A stretch of 64,000 nt of DNA from Antechinus flavipes (GCF_016432865.1 NC_067399.1:108996001-109060000), one strand, 5' to 3'; shown: positions 1 to 13,014, numbered from the stretch's first letter. Numbers and translations are program-made. The notes: a model not told the origin generated them from the sequence alone.

Positions 1-689
1 TTACATTCTGTTTGCCTCAATATCCCCTAATGTAAATGGAAATATGACATATGGCCATCGTGCAGAGCAAATGAAATAATATTTTGGAGGGAAAAAAAAC
101 ACTTAGCCCAGAGCCTAGCACATAGTAGCCATGATATAAATGATTATCCCTCCCTTCCAAAAAAATAAATATATTTTTTTATGAGAGGCAACAATAGAGA
201 AATTGCATAAATGAAGAAAAAGGAGACAGAAGACAGAAAAGAGATAATAATATAACCCTGCCAAATCAATAGGTGAAAAGTGAAGGAACTGTGGCATTTT
301 AGTCTTATCAAGAAGGAGGTGCTATAAGAGAACAAGATGGAAGATATTAAAAGGAGGAACTGGGACAAGAAGATTGATCTTGGGGATCAATCTTGCAGGA
401 GGGCAGGAGACACAAGTGAAAACATTTTTTATAGGTTTTTGAATAGGTATGTATCTGTTACAGGAAATAATTTATGTGATAGTTTTGATCTAGCAAGAAT
501 TTGTTCATCTATACCTAGTGTGATGCAGTGAGGCTAAATCAAGTTATGGGATGCCATAGCCTTTAGAATAAATACTGATTATGATTAGAACCAGTTGTCA
601 CTACAATGTAAATACACAGTGAGCTTAGATAAGTCTTCCCTCATGAATTAATATACTTAAAAGCGAGACATAGCAGAGAATAAAAGAAG

Positions 690-1320
690 AAAGAGTAAAA
701 GCTACAAGGGCAATAATACAAAAATTAAAAGAGGGAAATCAAAGCTGCTATTTCAGAAGGACGCAGAAAGAAAAGAGAAGTATGTAGTCCATTAAGAAGA
801 GTGGAAGGGTATACTAGAAGTTGGTAGATGAGAGAGATGACAATAGAGAGAGGATAGATCATATAAAACATCAGATTCTGTTGAAACAAGGGCACAGGAA
901 GCATCAGTAGGCACATCAAGTATGTTTACCCTTAACTTAATTAGGTCCCTTAATTCAGTTTACCCTTAACTTCATTAGAGAAAAGGAAAGGAAAAGGGAA
1001 AGGGAAATGGGAAGTAACTGAAAGAAAAAATGGGGTTACATTCTAATAGTGAAGGATGACATAAAATCGGGATAAGGAGGAAGGCAGCTGATATGGAGAT
1101 ATAGTAGACCTGAAAAGGGCCTGGAAGGGAAATTAGCATAGTGTCTGGGACTTATGTTGATATGCTGATTCCCTCAGCAAAAATCAACTTGTTCTCAAGA
1201 TGGAGCCATTCCTAAGGCAGTAAGGAGGGGGAGTTTGGGGGTGAGGCAGAGGCAGTGATATGGAGATTATGACATTTTCCTTAATCAATTTATAAGGTGA
1301 CACAAAACAAATTTTGAAGT
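690..1320 (-). mobile_element. Degenerate L2 LINE remnant
   Basis: Purine-rich strand resembling antisense L2 body (e.g. gggagtttgggggtgaggcagaggcagtgatatggagattatgacattttcc); heavily decayed. Confidence 0.4.
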
Positions 1321-3085
1321 CTTATGATGTCATGACTCTTTCCACTAAGCAAAACTTATGAAAAAGGTGGGGCCTGCAGAAAAATTTTTTTCTAGGAGTA
1401 TGGATTCCATGGGACATAATGAAGAAAAGAACAGCTTAGTAGAGGAGCAGGATGAATGAGCCTGAGAAAGCTTAGAGCTGAGCTGAATAGAAATAAGACC
1501 AGGGAGGAGATAGCTGGGGGGAGGGGTTTGCACTTAGAGCAGTAAGTGTGGATCACTCTTTTACTGATACCCATTGTCAAGACTGAAGGGTGCAATGAGG
1601 AAGAAAGCTACTTAATCCATCAACTAAGGAAGGACTATCTGGAGTTTGAAGGACAAATTATGTTTTTCACCTCTTTTCAGTAGCTCAGAGAAAAAAATGT
1701 AGGACAATAGAAGAGACATTTTTTGGTTTTATTACTACTGGCCACCTGCACAGTACACAAGGAAGGCAGCAAGAGTGGCCAAATCACAGCAGTCCAAACT
1801 TATTGCTTTTTAAAATCCTGGATCCAAATTTACTATGCCAGATTTTCTCTAAAGAGCAGAAACTCCCTGTCCTTCTCTTAAACAACTAGCCCACAGTGAA
1901 GCCATCCTGGTCATAAAGCCTGCTTGAGCTTGGGAACTGACAAGGGAGCCAAAAATGGGAGCCATAATGGAGAGAAACTTGATCCTTAATAAGGCTCTTT
2001 AGTCCCTTTCTTGTCCATAGCTACATGCAAGGCACCCCATGCAGCTAGGGAAGCTAAAATCAGAATGAAAAACAAATACAAAAAATAAGGCATAAATGAG
2101 AAGTCCTTGTGATTTAAAAGAAGATTTTTAAAAGGGCAAATCTTGTTGAATATCAGCCCCTTGGCAACTCTACCTGTAGCTGGGAATGGGTTAAGACAAA
2201 CTCTGTGGAAGCCATAGCTAATCCATCATGAAAGAGGAGGCAAACTCTACTTAGACAATTGTGTTTCCAAGGTTTCTGCAAATGCCAAAGGCAGAATAAA
2301 GTCTATTAATTGGTGACTAGACAGTGAACCAACAGAAGAAGATACTCAACCAACCTTCTGTCCTGATGGGTATTGGGAGTGAAATGCTCATGAAATCCAA
2401 ATCCTCCATATACCCAAAAAAGCAAAAGGCATAGACCCTGGAGCTTCAGTACCATCCTCTGTCTCACAGCTGCCTTCATGCACAAGCCCTTCTTCCCATA
2501 CATTAAAGCCACGCTGAGGCCAGCTTCCAGGACTGCACAAAAGACCATTGAGTGTCATCCAAAAAGTTCTAGCTCTCCAGGAATCTTAATGGAGCAGGCC
2601 CACAGTGACAGCACACAGGGCCTGCACAATGGCTGAGTGAAAGCTTCAGTAGCCTGCCATCTAATCTGCCAGGGTGTCTGTGACCTCACTCTGTCCAGCC
2701 ACACAAAGCACTGTTCTTTTGATAGTGATGTGACTCTCCTAGGAAGCAGGGGAGGTCCTCTTCCCCACCCCCACAACTGCCTTCCCCACCATCACACCAC
2801 CTGCAATACTTAGACTTGCTCCTCCTTGTCACCAGCCATGAAATGGACTCCTTCCCAAGAAACCAGGGCTCTCAGCTCTGCTCTCCACCCAGACCAAGTA
2901 GAACATAGTGTGCCTCAACCAGTCTTTGGCTCTTGCTACATCAAGGCAAGGCTACTCCAGATGCACCTCTAGAGTTCCCTTCCTAAGTATCATGGGGGCC
3001 ATCATCCCTCACTGAAGGATTTATCAATCTGCCAGGATTATTCAGAGTTGGGTGTTTTTCTGTAAGAAGGAGAGGAAGCAGAAGG

Positions 3086-3087
<2 letters not shown>

Positions 3088-3137
<50 letters not shown>
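3088..3137. repeat. (TG)n microsatellite
   Basis: About 25 perfect TG units. Confidence 0.98.
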
Positions 3138-3141
<4 letters not shown>

Positions 3142-3218
3142 GGGGAAGCATAGGAAATCACTGACACCAGAGGCGATGAACATTTAAAGAAATGGATTAA
3201 AAGCTATTTTGCCTCAGG

Positions 3219-3348
3219 NNNNNNNNNNNNNNNNNNNNNNNNNNNNNNNNNNNNNNNNNNNNNNNNNNNNNNNNNNNNNNNNNNNNNNNNNNNNNNNNNN
3301 NNNNNNNNNNNNNNNNNNNNNNNNNNNNNNNNNNNNNNNNNNNNNNNN
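3219..3348. other. Assembly gap or masked run, 130 N
   Basis: Run of N. Confidence 0.99.
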
Positions 3349-3944
3349 TCTCACAAATTTTGTGCATTTGTGCCTACATTAAAAAAGGTAGAGAAGAAGG
3401 CTTGAGACAAAACACTCATAAGAGGATACTGTTTCCAGGTGCTATTGGCAGGAGAAAGTTCCAAGCTTTTGAACAATCCCATCCAGTCAAACTCGGTCCA
3501 TTTTGTATTCAGAAGAAAATCCACAGTGATGCTGGTGAACTGTTCATTTTAGACCTCTAAGCAGTCAGTACAGGTCACCACACTATCAGATTTTCTGCAG
3601 TAAACGGAATGAATTGATTATTCTTGCCCCAGTCTTGTGGAGTAGGAGTAACTAGAGATAACCTTGGTTTTCCAGAGGCCATTCTAAATCTGCTACTCCT
3701 GAAGGTTTCCCTGTCAGACTCTTCACTTTTTGAAGTCAAACTTCAATTCCTGATTTAAAAGTTTTTGTTATTTGTCTTTGTACCATCAGCTCAATTATTT
3801 AGAGGCCAATTACCTTATTCATGAACTATGTAAGCCTGTTGCTTCCTTTCCTCATCTGCCTTTTCCCTTCACTCATTGTGAGAAAAGGATTAGAGTGTCC
3901 TTTTGAGAATCCAGTGGTGACTTTGGAATCTTTGGGAAACAGTA

Positions 3945-4145
3945 TAGTACATAGTAGGAAGAGCACTAGCTAGGAAGTTGAAGGACTGGGGATAAAAATT
4001 CAATTCGGACACTTAGAGGTGACCTTTGGTAAGACAATTAACCATTGTAAATTTCAATTTCCTCCCCTGTGAAATCCAAACCAAGAAGTCCTTGGACTAG
4101 TTGGCCTTTGAGTTCCAATCTTGCTTTGGATTTATGATTCTATAA
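3945..4145 (+). mobile_element. MIR/MIR3 CORE-SINE
   Basis: gaagagcactagctaggaag...gacctttggtaagacaattaacc...tttcctcccctgtgaaat...ggactag...gatttatgattct follows the MIR3 layout. Confidence 0.7.
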
Positions 4146-4380
4146 TACTATGAAGTTTTTAGTCATTTTCCGGGAAAAAAATACCTTCTATCTATAAGTA
4201 GATGGGGCAGGGAAATTCAGACCATTCAGTTAGTTAATTTGATAGCTATTCTAATGAAAGAGTTTTATAAGAAACAATAGGAATAGGATTTATTTTTAGT
4301 TAAAAAATATAATGGAAATCTTCTAACACTATTTTTTAGCCCATATGAAACTTTATTTAATTCAGGTTAAAGAAATTTTT

Positions 4381-4645
4381 AGGTAGCACCTAGGTGACAG
4401 GAAAAGAGTTGGATTTGGAATCAGGAATGCATGAGTTCAAATACTGTCTCAGAAACTTAATAGCTGTGTGATCCTGGACAAGGCATTTAACTTCTCTCAG
4501 ACCCAGTTTTCTCATCTATAAAATGGGAGAAATAGTACCAATTACCTCATAGCGTTATTGTGATGATCAAATAATTTAATGTGTACAAAGCTCTTTGCCA
4601 ACCTTAAGGTGTACAGACTTTTGCTATGATAATTATTGTTATTAA
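4381..4645 (+). mobile_element. MIR CORE-SINE, near full length
   Basis: tRNA-like head, CORE (agctgtgtgatcctggacaaggcatttaacttctctcagacccagttttctcatctataaaatggg) and 3' tail. Confidence 0.85.
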
Positions 4646-4811
4646 TCTAAGATTTTATATATAATGACAACAGATTATATCAGTGTTCCTCAAATATTTC
4701 CAGTGATAGGCAACTTGTAATATAAGTTCATGAGACAGCTTATTTCAGAAATTCTCCTTTTTTGTAATTTTTATTCCATTGGTCTTAGTTTCTGCCTTCT
4801 GGAGATATATA

Positions 4812-5000
4812 GACTACAACATAGAGGAAAGGGCACTGGCCTTAGAGTCAGGAAGGCCTGTTTCCAAATCCCATCTTGGACACTTAAAGGCTAAGTAACC
4901 CTGGGGCCCACCTTTCACCTTTCTAATCATTATAAATAGAAGTATTGGACTAGATGGTTTCTAAGTTCTCTTCCAGCTCTAAATCTATCATCCTGTCATC
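4812..5000 (+). mobile_element. MIR3 SINE
   Basis: gaggaaagggcactggccttagagtcaggaagg...ggactagatggtttctaagttctcttccagctctaaatctat. Confidence 0.8.
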
Positions 5001-5004
5001 CTCA

Positions 5005-5295
5005 TCCCTCATCTAAATTACATTTCTTTAAGTATTCGAGCACTTGTCTCCAGAAGCCATCCTATCTCTAGGTTTAGTATAGTCAGTTACTTTAACTAAT
5101 TGCCCTTTATATAGTAATCTGCTCTACCAAACACATTACAGTTTATCAACATCCTTCCTAAAATGTAATATTATGTAATATAATATTCAGAATGTAATAT
5201 AATATTCTTGATATGATTCAGATCAGCTCCAGAGTAAAACTGTCATTCCCATTGTTTTACATATTAAGCTTCTATTAATTCAGTCTAACATTACT
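5005..5295 (-). mobile_element. L3/CR1 LINE 3' fragment
   Basis: Matches antisense CR1 C-terminal region (ccttcctaaaatg...cagaatgtaatataatattcttgatatg...cagagtaaaactgtcattccc). Confidence 0.6.
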
Positions 5296-5339
5296 CCAAA
5301 TAAATCTGACTTCTTTGATCTAGGTTCTCCCTCCAAGGA

Positions 5340-5900
5340 GATACAGACTATCATTATGACTGACTATTCTATGCAAGTCTTTTCAGTAATATCTCATAAG
5401 TTCATGACAGGGGATATATTTCACATGCTGGCATCCTTCTAATTCTTGATGAAGAAGACAATGCCAAGTGTCACTGGCCAAGGCTAGCCAGTGTTTGTCC
5501 CTCACTCTTGATACTTGACGGCCTGTAGTACCTTCTTTGATGATTCTGTATTTTATAGCAAGAATGTCAAGCTTTTACATCGTTCTTCCAAGAGTTTAAC
5601 CATGTATTGGTCATTGGTATACTTAGGCTATGGTTTATAGATAATCTAAAAACTATATGATTCTTAGTGCCATCTCTTCTCCTTTCAGCCACTCTGTCAC
5701 TGTAAATAAAAGAGACAGTAGGCATAGAAGGGGCCTACAATGTACAAAACAATGTTATACTTTTTTATTTTTCCATGGGTTGACATGACCAAAAAATTAA
5801 TTACAACCTTACTAGCCTTCTGATTTTGATCCTTTCTATATTTAGCTAGGCTAGTTCTCAGAAAACATCCACAGTCTATTACCAGCATCATACTTGAAGC
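5340..5900 (-). mobile_element. RTE LINE 3' fragment
   Basis: Reverse strand resembles RTE ORF C-terminus and 3' end; 5640-5900 is visibly homologous to 22600-22870. Confidence 0.6.
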
Positions 5901-6024
5901 CTTCTAAGCATGATGAGATCTTCTGAAATTTACCGTCTGTTAGTATACCTTTCAGGACCTAGGGTTACTTCCAATTCACAGTGGAGCACTAGAGCAGAAT
6001 TTTTTGAGGATTCCTAACATAGTA

Positions 6025-6225
6025 TCTTAAAATCGGAGAATTGGAGATAGAAGAGAGCTCAGAAGACATCTTATTCCCCTCATTTTAAAAATTAAGCCAT
6101 TGAAGTCAGTGGAAATTAAATAGTTTGTCCAAAATCATAGTGAGTGAATGTCAGGGGCAGAATTTGAGCCTAATCCCTGACAATTCAGTATCAGTGCTCT
6201 TTTTATGACACACTGTCTCCGCAAC
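6025..6225 (-). mobile_element. MIR/MIR3 SINE
   Basis: cccctcattttaaaaattaagccattgaagtcag...tttgtccaaaatcatag...gcagaatttgagcc is antisense CORE. Confidence 0.65.
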
Positions 6226-6339
6226 AACTATAGTGGGGGGCTTATTTGTTTTTTTTTTTTAGTGGTTGGCACATTACATTCTTAATTCATCAGGAGCTAA
6301 TATGTCTCTGACAAAATTCTCCAAGATATTAAATATATG

Positions 6340-6860
6340 ATATATGAGTGTTTGGAAAACAGTGATTAGCAGGAGCAAGCATGGATTCACTAATTACTAA
6401 CACCAAATTAATTCTATTTCATTCTTTTAATAAAATGGGTGAATGGTACAACAGGAAAAATGTTTTAGATATAATATGTATTATTTTCAGCAAAGGGATT
6501 GAAAAATTATCTCAAAATATTCCTTAGGAAAAGTTGTAGAACTAACTGTAGGCTGGAGAACAGTAAAGTTACGTAATTTCAGAATCAAGCATCTGATTTG
6601 AAATTATGCTAAATAATGGATCAATCTGGAAGATTTTATGTTGAGGGCTTTGCCCTCAGACTTATCTTGTTCAATATTTGAATCAGTAGCTAATCTGGAA
6701 TTTATCTAATCAAACTTCTTCATTTGGAACATTTAAACAATATTTGCCTATATTAAATCCTGTGGTGCCTGTCCTCAGTTTCTTAAATATCCCAGATATC
6801 AGTTCAGAAATCACATGCTAAAGTTCTCACAATATCTAGAAATGTATTTTATCTGGTTAA
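6340..6860 (+). mobile_element. L3/CR1 LINE reverse-transcriptase fragment
   Basis: gtgattagcaggagcaagcatggattcactaa...ttagatataatatgtattattttcagcaaagggattgaaaa matches the CR1 RT motif SQHGF...VDIVYLDFSKAFDKV, degenerate. Confidence 0.75.
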
Positions 6861-7149
6861 ATGATTTAAAATAATTTGGGAGATCTAGGTCTTCATTTGT
6901 TAGTTGTAGAATTTAAAAGCTGAAAGGAATCTTCATGCCAAAGTAGTCTTAATTCTTTCACTTTTGATCAAGAAACTGACATCTAAAGATGTTAAGTGAT
7001 ATACATAAGATCATAGCAGTAGTCAGTACCACATTATCTATCTTGGACTTAAATTCCTTAAGCGCTACTTCAGTTTCATCTTTCTTATATTCTAATTATT
7101 CTTGACAGGAAAGATGGAAGGAAAATAGACATTCAAAAAGTTAGCTTTG

Positions 7150-7445
7150 CTTTTATCATCCATTAACATGTGGATGAGGAATCTGATGTGTTCTTGACCA
7201 CAGAAGATAGAACTAGGATCAATAGATAGGTTTGGCAAAAAGCAAGCTTAAGTTTAAAGGAAGAAAAAATTTCCTAAATGAGCTATAATGAAATGGAATG
7301 AGTTATTTCTGAGGTTGAAGTGTTTTTCCTCATTTAATGTCTATAAACAGATGTTAGATGACCTCTTTATTTTAGAGGAGATTCTTCTTCAGTCACAGGT
7401 TAGACCAAATGGCTTCTGGGATCCCTATAATTTCTGAGATTCTTT
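7150..7445 (+). mobile_element. L3/CR1 LINE 3' end
   Basis: gatagaactaggatcaatagataggtttggc...aagaaaaaatttcct...ttagaccaaatggcttctgggatccct...ctgagattc. Confidence 0.7.
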
Positions 7446-7821
7446 GAATAACATGTCATCCACCTCAAAAAGCAAGACTATTCATTTCTTTACCTTCTCC
7501 TTGCCTTGAACAAAACCTGAACATAGCATAACTTATTTTTATTTTTTCCTAAACTTGGACTGTGCAACATTTCAAAAGGAGTGTGTCAGATTCTGGCCGA
7601 CCACATTATAAATATCATAATAGGAAAGAACTTCAATAGCATGACTACAAAAGAAACTCCTGTGTAATATGGCTTATATGTGACCATTCAGCCTCTACTG
7701 GAAGATCTAAACTATAAAAAAAAAACTACCTCCCAAGGAAGAACTCACTATCTCTTCCTATATGGAAGAACCCAATACCTTTCTCTTTCCTTTCATTACT
7801 TTTCTTTCCTTTTTCTTTTCC

Positions 7822-7900
7822 TCTTCCTTCCTTCCTTCCTTCCTTCCTTCCTTCCTTCCTTCCTTCCTTCCTTTCTTTCTTCCTTCCTTCTTTCCTTCCT
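7822..7900. repeat. (CTTC)n / (CTTT)n tetranucleotide repeat
   Basis: Direct reading of sequence. Confidence 0.95.
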
Positions 7901-8064
7901 TAAATTTTCCTCTTTGCAACTTTCACTCGTTGTTCCTAGTTCTGCTCTCTGTTACATCCAAGGAGAAGTTTGATTCTTCCTGAAGGATTCCGTTTTTCTA
8001 TTTGACATTTTAAGGTGGCTACTAACACCCTTTTAGGTCTTCTCTTCTCCATGATAAACCACTC

Positions 8065-8600
8065 CAGTTCCACTAAAAGATTAGAAATTCTACTGCAAAA
8101 GACTTACTCCAAGAAAGTCAGTGACAAACTGGAAGTTTCCACATACATCAAAATATTTATAGCAGCACTTTTTGTGTTAATGGAGACTTAACAATAAAGT
8201 AGATTACCATCATTTGAGCAGTGGATCAACAAATTATATATAAACAAAATAGAATATTACTGTACTATAAGAAATGGTGACTCTGATAATAGAGGAACTT
8301 AGAAAGACTTAGATGAACTGATGCAAAGTAAAGTCAGCAGAAACAGAAAAGAATATGAATGATGAATAAAATAATGTAAAAGAAAAGAACAACCATATTG
8401 TGAAATTATAAAGAACACCCCAAAATAAGAGATACAAGATAATGATTTTCTTCTCCCTACCCCTCCCACACACTTCTACTACCTTTTTTTAAAAAGTCAG
8501 TCAATACTGAAGCTACTATAATGTTGCACACCAGGTCAGGGATTTTTTAAATATGCTGGACAATTTTGTTAATTGTTTTTTCTGCTCTCACATCTTTCTC
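8065..8600 (+). mobile_element. Old L1 3' fragment (ORF2 C-terminus and 3'UTR)
   Basis: aaaatatttatagcagcactttttgtg...gaatattactgtactataagaaatg...gatgaactgatgcaaagtaaagtcagcagaaacag. Confidence 0.8.
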
Positions 8601-8769
8601 TTTTTAAAAAAAGAGAATTTTTTTTTTTAAAAAAAGAGAAATTTCCCTATTACAAAAGAATAAAGAAAGAAGCTCCTGGAAGGAAATAGGGCAAGGAATA
8701 CAGAATGAAATCTAGGTTATATAAAAACAAAAGATAGCAATCAAATTTGTTTTTAAAAAACAGCTTGTG

Positions 8770-8917
8770 GGGGGAGCTAGGGGGCACAGTGAATAGACCA
8801 TCAGCCCTGAAGTCAGGAAGACCTGAGTTCAAATTTGACTTCAGACACTTAACACTTCCTAGCTGTGTGACTCTGGGCAAGTCCCTTAACCTCAATTACC
8901 TCCGCAAAAACAAAAAC
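8770..8917 (+). mobile_element. WSINE1-type marsupial SINE with A-rich tail and target-site duplication
   Basis: ggggagctagggggcacagtgaatagacc...gaagacctgagttcaaatttgacttcagacacttaacacttcctagctgtgtgactctgggcaagtcccttaacctcaattacctccgcaaaaacaaaaac; flanks aaaaaacagcttgt / aaagaacagcctagt. Confidence 0.9.
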
Positions 8918-10309
8918 AAAGAACAGCCTAGTTTATTTACTCAACCTTTTTAATGCACAAACCAAAGACCCTATGATGTCATGGATTCTCTCTTTTGGAT
9001 AATTCTATAATTTCTTAAAATGTGGCTTTTAGGACACCTCCACATATCAGGCAATAGACCAGATGTGCTAGTATAAGCTAAGTGAGCATTCCTATTGATT
9101 TTACTTTTCCCCTGAGGAGGCCACTAGAAATATTTCCCTTAACCCTGAGGAGAAGAACAAATGAGAATACAACCTTCACTCCACACCCACCTCCAGGTAT
9201 AGCAGTACAATTAAGCATGCCTCTGTTCTGGGGGATTATATTTTAATAGACATTAATTATCTATGGAATATCTAGGAAACTATGTCCTCAAATTAAACAC
9301 AATACACCAAGGATGGTACCAATGTTGACCATGAGCTAATTCACCTGAGGACAGGTACAGTATTATCAATAGTCTTATGTACACACCATAACAATCACCC
9401 TACATATTTCATTTGTGGGAATGCCCTAAATTGCTAACTTCTGGCTAAACTGATTTTTTTGTATTAACATTTCCACCTCTTATGTCACTGATTTCTTGTA
9501 CTAGTTGTGCAAATACACTCCATGAATGTGTCCTTTTCTCTAACCCCTCCCCTCATCCCCACCAAAAAAAAAAAATGTGCTTGTATCTGTTTGGTTTAGA
9601 TGAATTCTCTATAGACTTAGACACTGGGACATCTATCTTCTCACACATCCCTGCCTGGGAGAGCTTATACTCTCTCACTTCTTTTCTCATGATCTACAGT
9701 AATAGGATCAAAAGGGCAGAAACTTGGTTCCAGCCTCCCTGATGCTTTGGCTCACCCTCATAAAAAGTTATTGGTGTCAGAGCTGCTCTAGCAATTGACT
9801 TTCCCCCACCCCTGCTTCTATAATTTCCCTTCCCCCGGCTGTACTGTACAATAAACTCTAATGAGCTCTCACATTCCCTCACCATCTACTTCCACCTCTG
9901 AGTCAAATGGGTAAAGAAAAATAACTTCCTGCAGAAAACTTGAATGACCATGAGGTTCTAAGCAACTTAATCAATTTACTTAGAGAATGTTTAGACATTA
10001 AATTTCATAGAAATGGAACTTCAATGAATACAGTGAAGTTTGGAAACATAATTTCTGTTAATGGACAATTTGAAACAAAAAAAAGTGAATCTCTGGTTGA
10101 AAATGCTTCTTCAATGTTTTATCCTGAAATAAGAGATATTTTATTTGTTGATCCAGAAGAACTAATTATTCTAAAGACATTTACAGTTTTTTCCAAGAGT
10201 ATATACTAAGATAGTTCTGATTTTTTTTTATTTTATGCAATTACAAGGTTATGTTGTTAGTTCAATATTTTGATCTTTGTGACTATGTTTGTGTGGATAT
10301 ACATCACTT

Positions 10310-10460
10310 GTCTATATAGAAAGTCAGCCCCAGATTCAAAAACATTTGAGTTCAAACCCCAGCTTCTAGCCACTAACAGTGTTATCCTAGGTAAGTCACT
10401 TAAACCCTGAGTTTAAATTGCATGTAAAACTAAATTGCAAAATACTTATCTGTCTGCTTT
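10310..10460 (+). mobile_element. MIR SINE fragment
   Basis: catttgagttcaaaccccagcttct...gttatcctaggtaagtcacttaaaccctgag. Confidence 0.65.
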
Positions 10461-13014
10461 GATGACTTACTTCAATAATTGTTCCCTTCAGTAAAGAACT
10501 ATTAATTAATCCAGACCTGGATATGTCCAGGGCTATGAATATGTATGTAAGTATGTGCATGTCTGTTAGTGAGTGTGTGTGTAGTTATGAATATATGTAT
10601 GTATATGGATGTGTATGGATGGATTATTATACATATGTGTATATGCATACATGTGTAAATTCTTACTGAAGATTGAAGCTTTAATGTGCATATAAAAGCT
10701 TATATAAAATGTCCTCTTACTTTATGATTAATCACCCAGTTTCCCACTTTATCACACCAACAAAAAGCACCATCTCCCTCAATGAGAAATAATTAAGTGA
10801 ATCCAATAAAGTTGGTTTTAAGAATTTTGTAACACTCCTTTAAGATAACTAAAAATGCCTATAGTTTTATGGGACCAAGAGCAGGAAAAATTTGGATTAG
10901 AGGCATGAACACTATAAAATTCAAATATGTTATTTTCATTTTGTCAAAGTCTAAGTTTTCTCCTATTGTAAAGTTTTATTGAAGATTCCTGAGAGTCCTT
11001 TGGATTGTCAAAGAAAACAGGTTTGGGCTCCTTATCTCACCTTTATGTGATTTTTTTTCATTCACTGCTTTAATTGAAATAAGTGGAGATGTCATAGCAA
11101 AAGACACCAGGGAAAAAATGGAATAGTTTATTTGAATTTCATTGAAAATCATCAGTCTGGATTAATTTCACCTATCAGAGTAAAGTAAATCTGAGTGAGA
11201 TCCTCCCTTGATTTTCTTTCACTTCACCTTTAGAATTTGATAACCCTCTCCTAGCTTGTCTTGTGGTCTTCAGATCATTCCCCAATTCAGTTTATCTGGA
11301 CACTGTCAGATAAATATTGAAACAATACTTTATACAAGTCACTCTTCATCAACAACAATCTTCGATAGCTCCCTATAACTTTAAAAAAATAATGATCAAA
11401 TTTCTTAGTACCCTGGCACTTAAGACCCTACACCTTCCACTGCCTACAATTGATCTTTCCAGGCTTGTTTGTCTCTACTTTCCTGTTTGATTCTCTGTGA
11501 TAGTAAAAAAGCATCTCTTCTGGCCTCAATATGCTTTATACTTCTTGTTTCCTCTCCCTAAAATTCCCTCACCTCTCTGTTTTTCACCATTACAAATGTT
11601 TCCCATCCTTCAAAATACAACACAGTATTCATTTCTTCCGTGAAGTTTTTTATGACTCCTCTAGCTGAAATTGATCTCTCCCTCCTCTTACCTCTTTTAG
11701 TCTCTTCACCCTCCTTTTTAATCTATATTTCTCATTTAGTTCTATCTTATTGCTTGGCAATGCTTTGCATATAATAGGTGCTCAGCTGCTTAATTAAAAT
11801 ATGGAAAGTGCAGAAATGTAAATGGTTAAGTTGTCCCCTTTTTGTCATTTTCAGTTTCAAGTTTAGTTTTCTTTTCAATGGAATTTTGTAGTTTAATTGA
11901 ACTTCCAAAGTACCTGAGCCCTGAAAAATGAAAATCTTTACTGTCAGAATGGCTTATGAAAAATAAATTTTGCCTGAGAACTCATAAAACAAAATGACAA
12001 GTGGGTACACTTGCCTGTTTCCATGTGTCTGTCTATAAGCATTCTCCCAGGCTCAATATTTTTAGCAAAAAAGGAAAGATGCTTTTTACAGGACATAAAC
12101 CATTGTTTTTAAGTTGCAATGAAAAAATGGATAGTCTTGTGCAACTCAAGTAATGTTTATACGTGCATACGAATTGAGTGTATATATGTATATATGTGTG
12201 TATATATGTAGAGAGATAGCTTTATAAATGTGAATGTATATATATATATACATGCATGTGTAAGTGCATATGTTTTATATATGTCTATTTGTATGTATAT
12301 GATTCTCTGATGAGAAGTATAGCCTTCCAACCTTTGAAACAGTACACAGAGATTGAATTGCTACACTATATGAAAGTGAACCAGCTTGCCTTAAAGCAGA
12401 CTGTCTATAATTCCCATTTTCATAGAAATTTATAATGCCACATGAATCCTGGTGGTGTAATAGCTACCACCGTCTTCCTTCCATTTCACACTGGAGTTAC
12501 ATTTTGCTTCTTTCTTTGGGGAGAGGTAAATTTGAGAGGAGTATTCACTGTTTACAGTAAAAGGCTGTTACAGAATTCTTCAGATCAAAAAAAAAAAGAA
12601 AAGAAAAGAAAAAGAAAACGTTATAAGCGGGGAAAGTGATGAATGCAAGAAATATTGTGCCTTAGGGATCTTCACTAGGATTTTCAGAATTGAACAGTGT
12701 CCTTGGGAAAACATAAAGTGTAGGACCAAAACAATGAGGCTTCATTCTACTTCTGGTTAATAGAATAAAGATAGCCATGAGGGCCATGACTGGTATTAGG
12801 AGATTGTACCATGATCCATGGACATTTATTTAAGCTTTATATTGTGCTAGATATTAGTTATACTGTTCTCAGTTAGATATTTACTTGTGAACTCTGCTCT
12901 CCAGGCTGTGTTCATTGTCTGGACTAATGGAATCAATTAGATGTCCTCAAGCCAAGTCCACTGCTAACTCTGAACCAACCTTCAACTTATCAGTATTCAC
13001 AATAACAGTATTTT

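Noticed and set aside
8770-8850. tRNA-like A/B boxes in SINE heads
   Set aside because: They belong to tRNA-derived CORE-SINEs and show no cloverleaf, so they are not tRNA genes.
9482-10209. Possible endogenous bornavirus or filovirus element (SIFSH and YPEIRDIL resemble short bornavirus N words)
   Set aside because: Only 4-6 residue coincidences in different frames and spacing, with no extended similarity that I can recognise.
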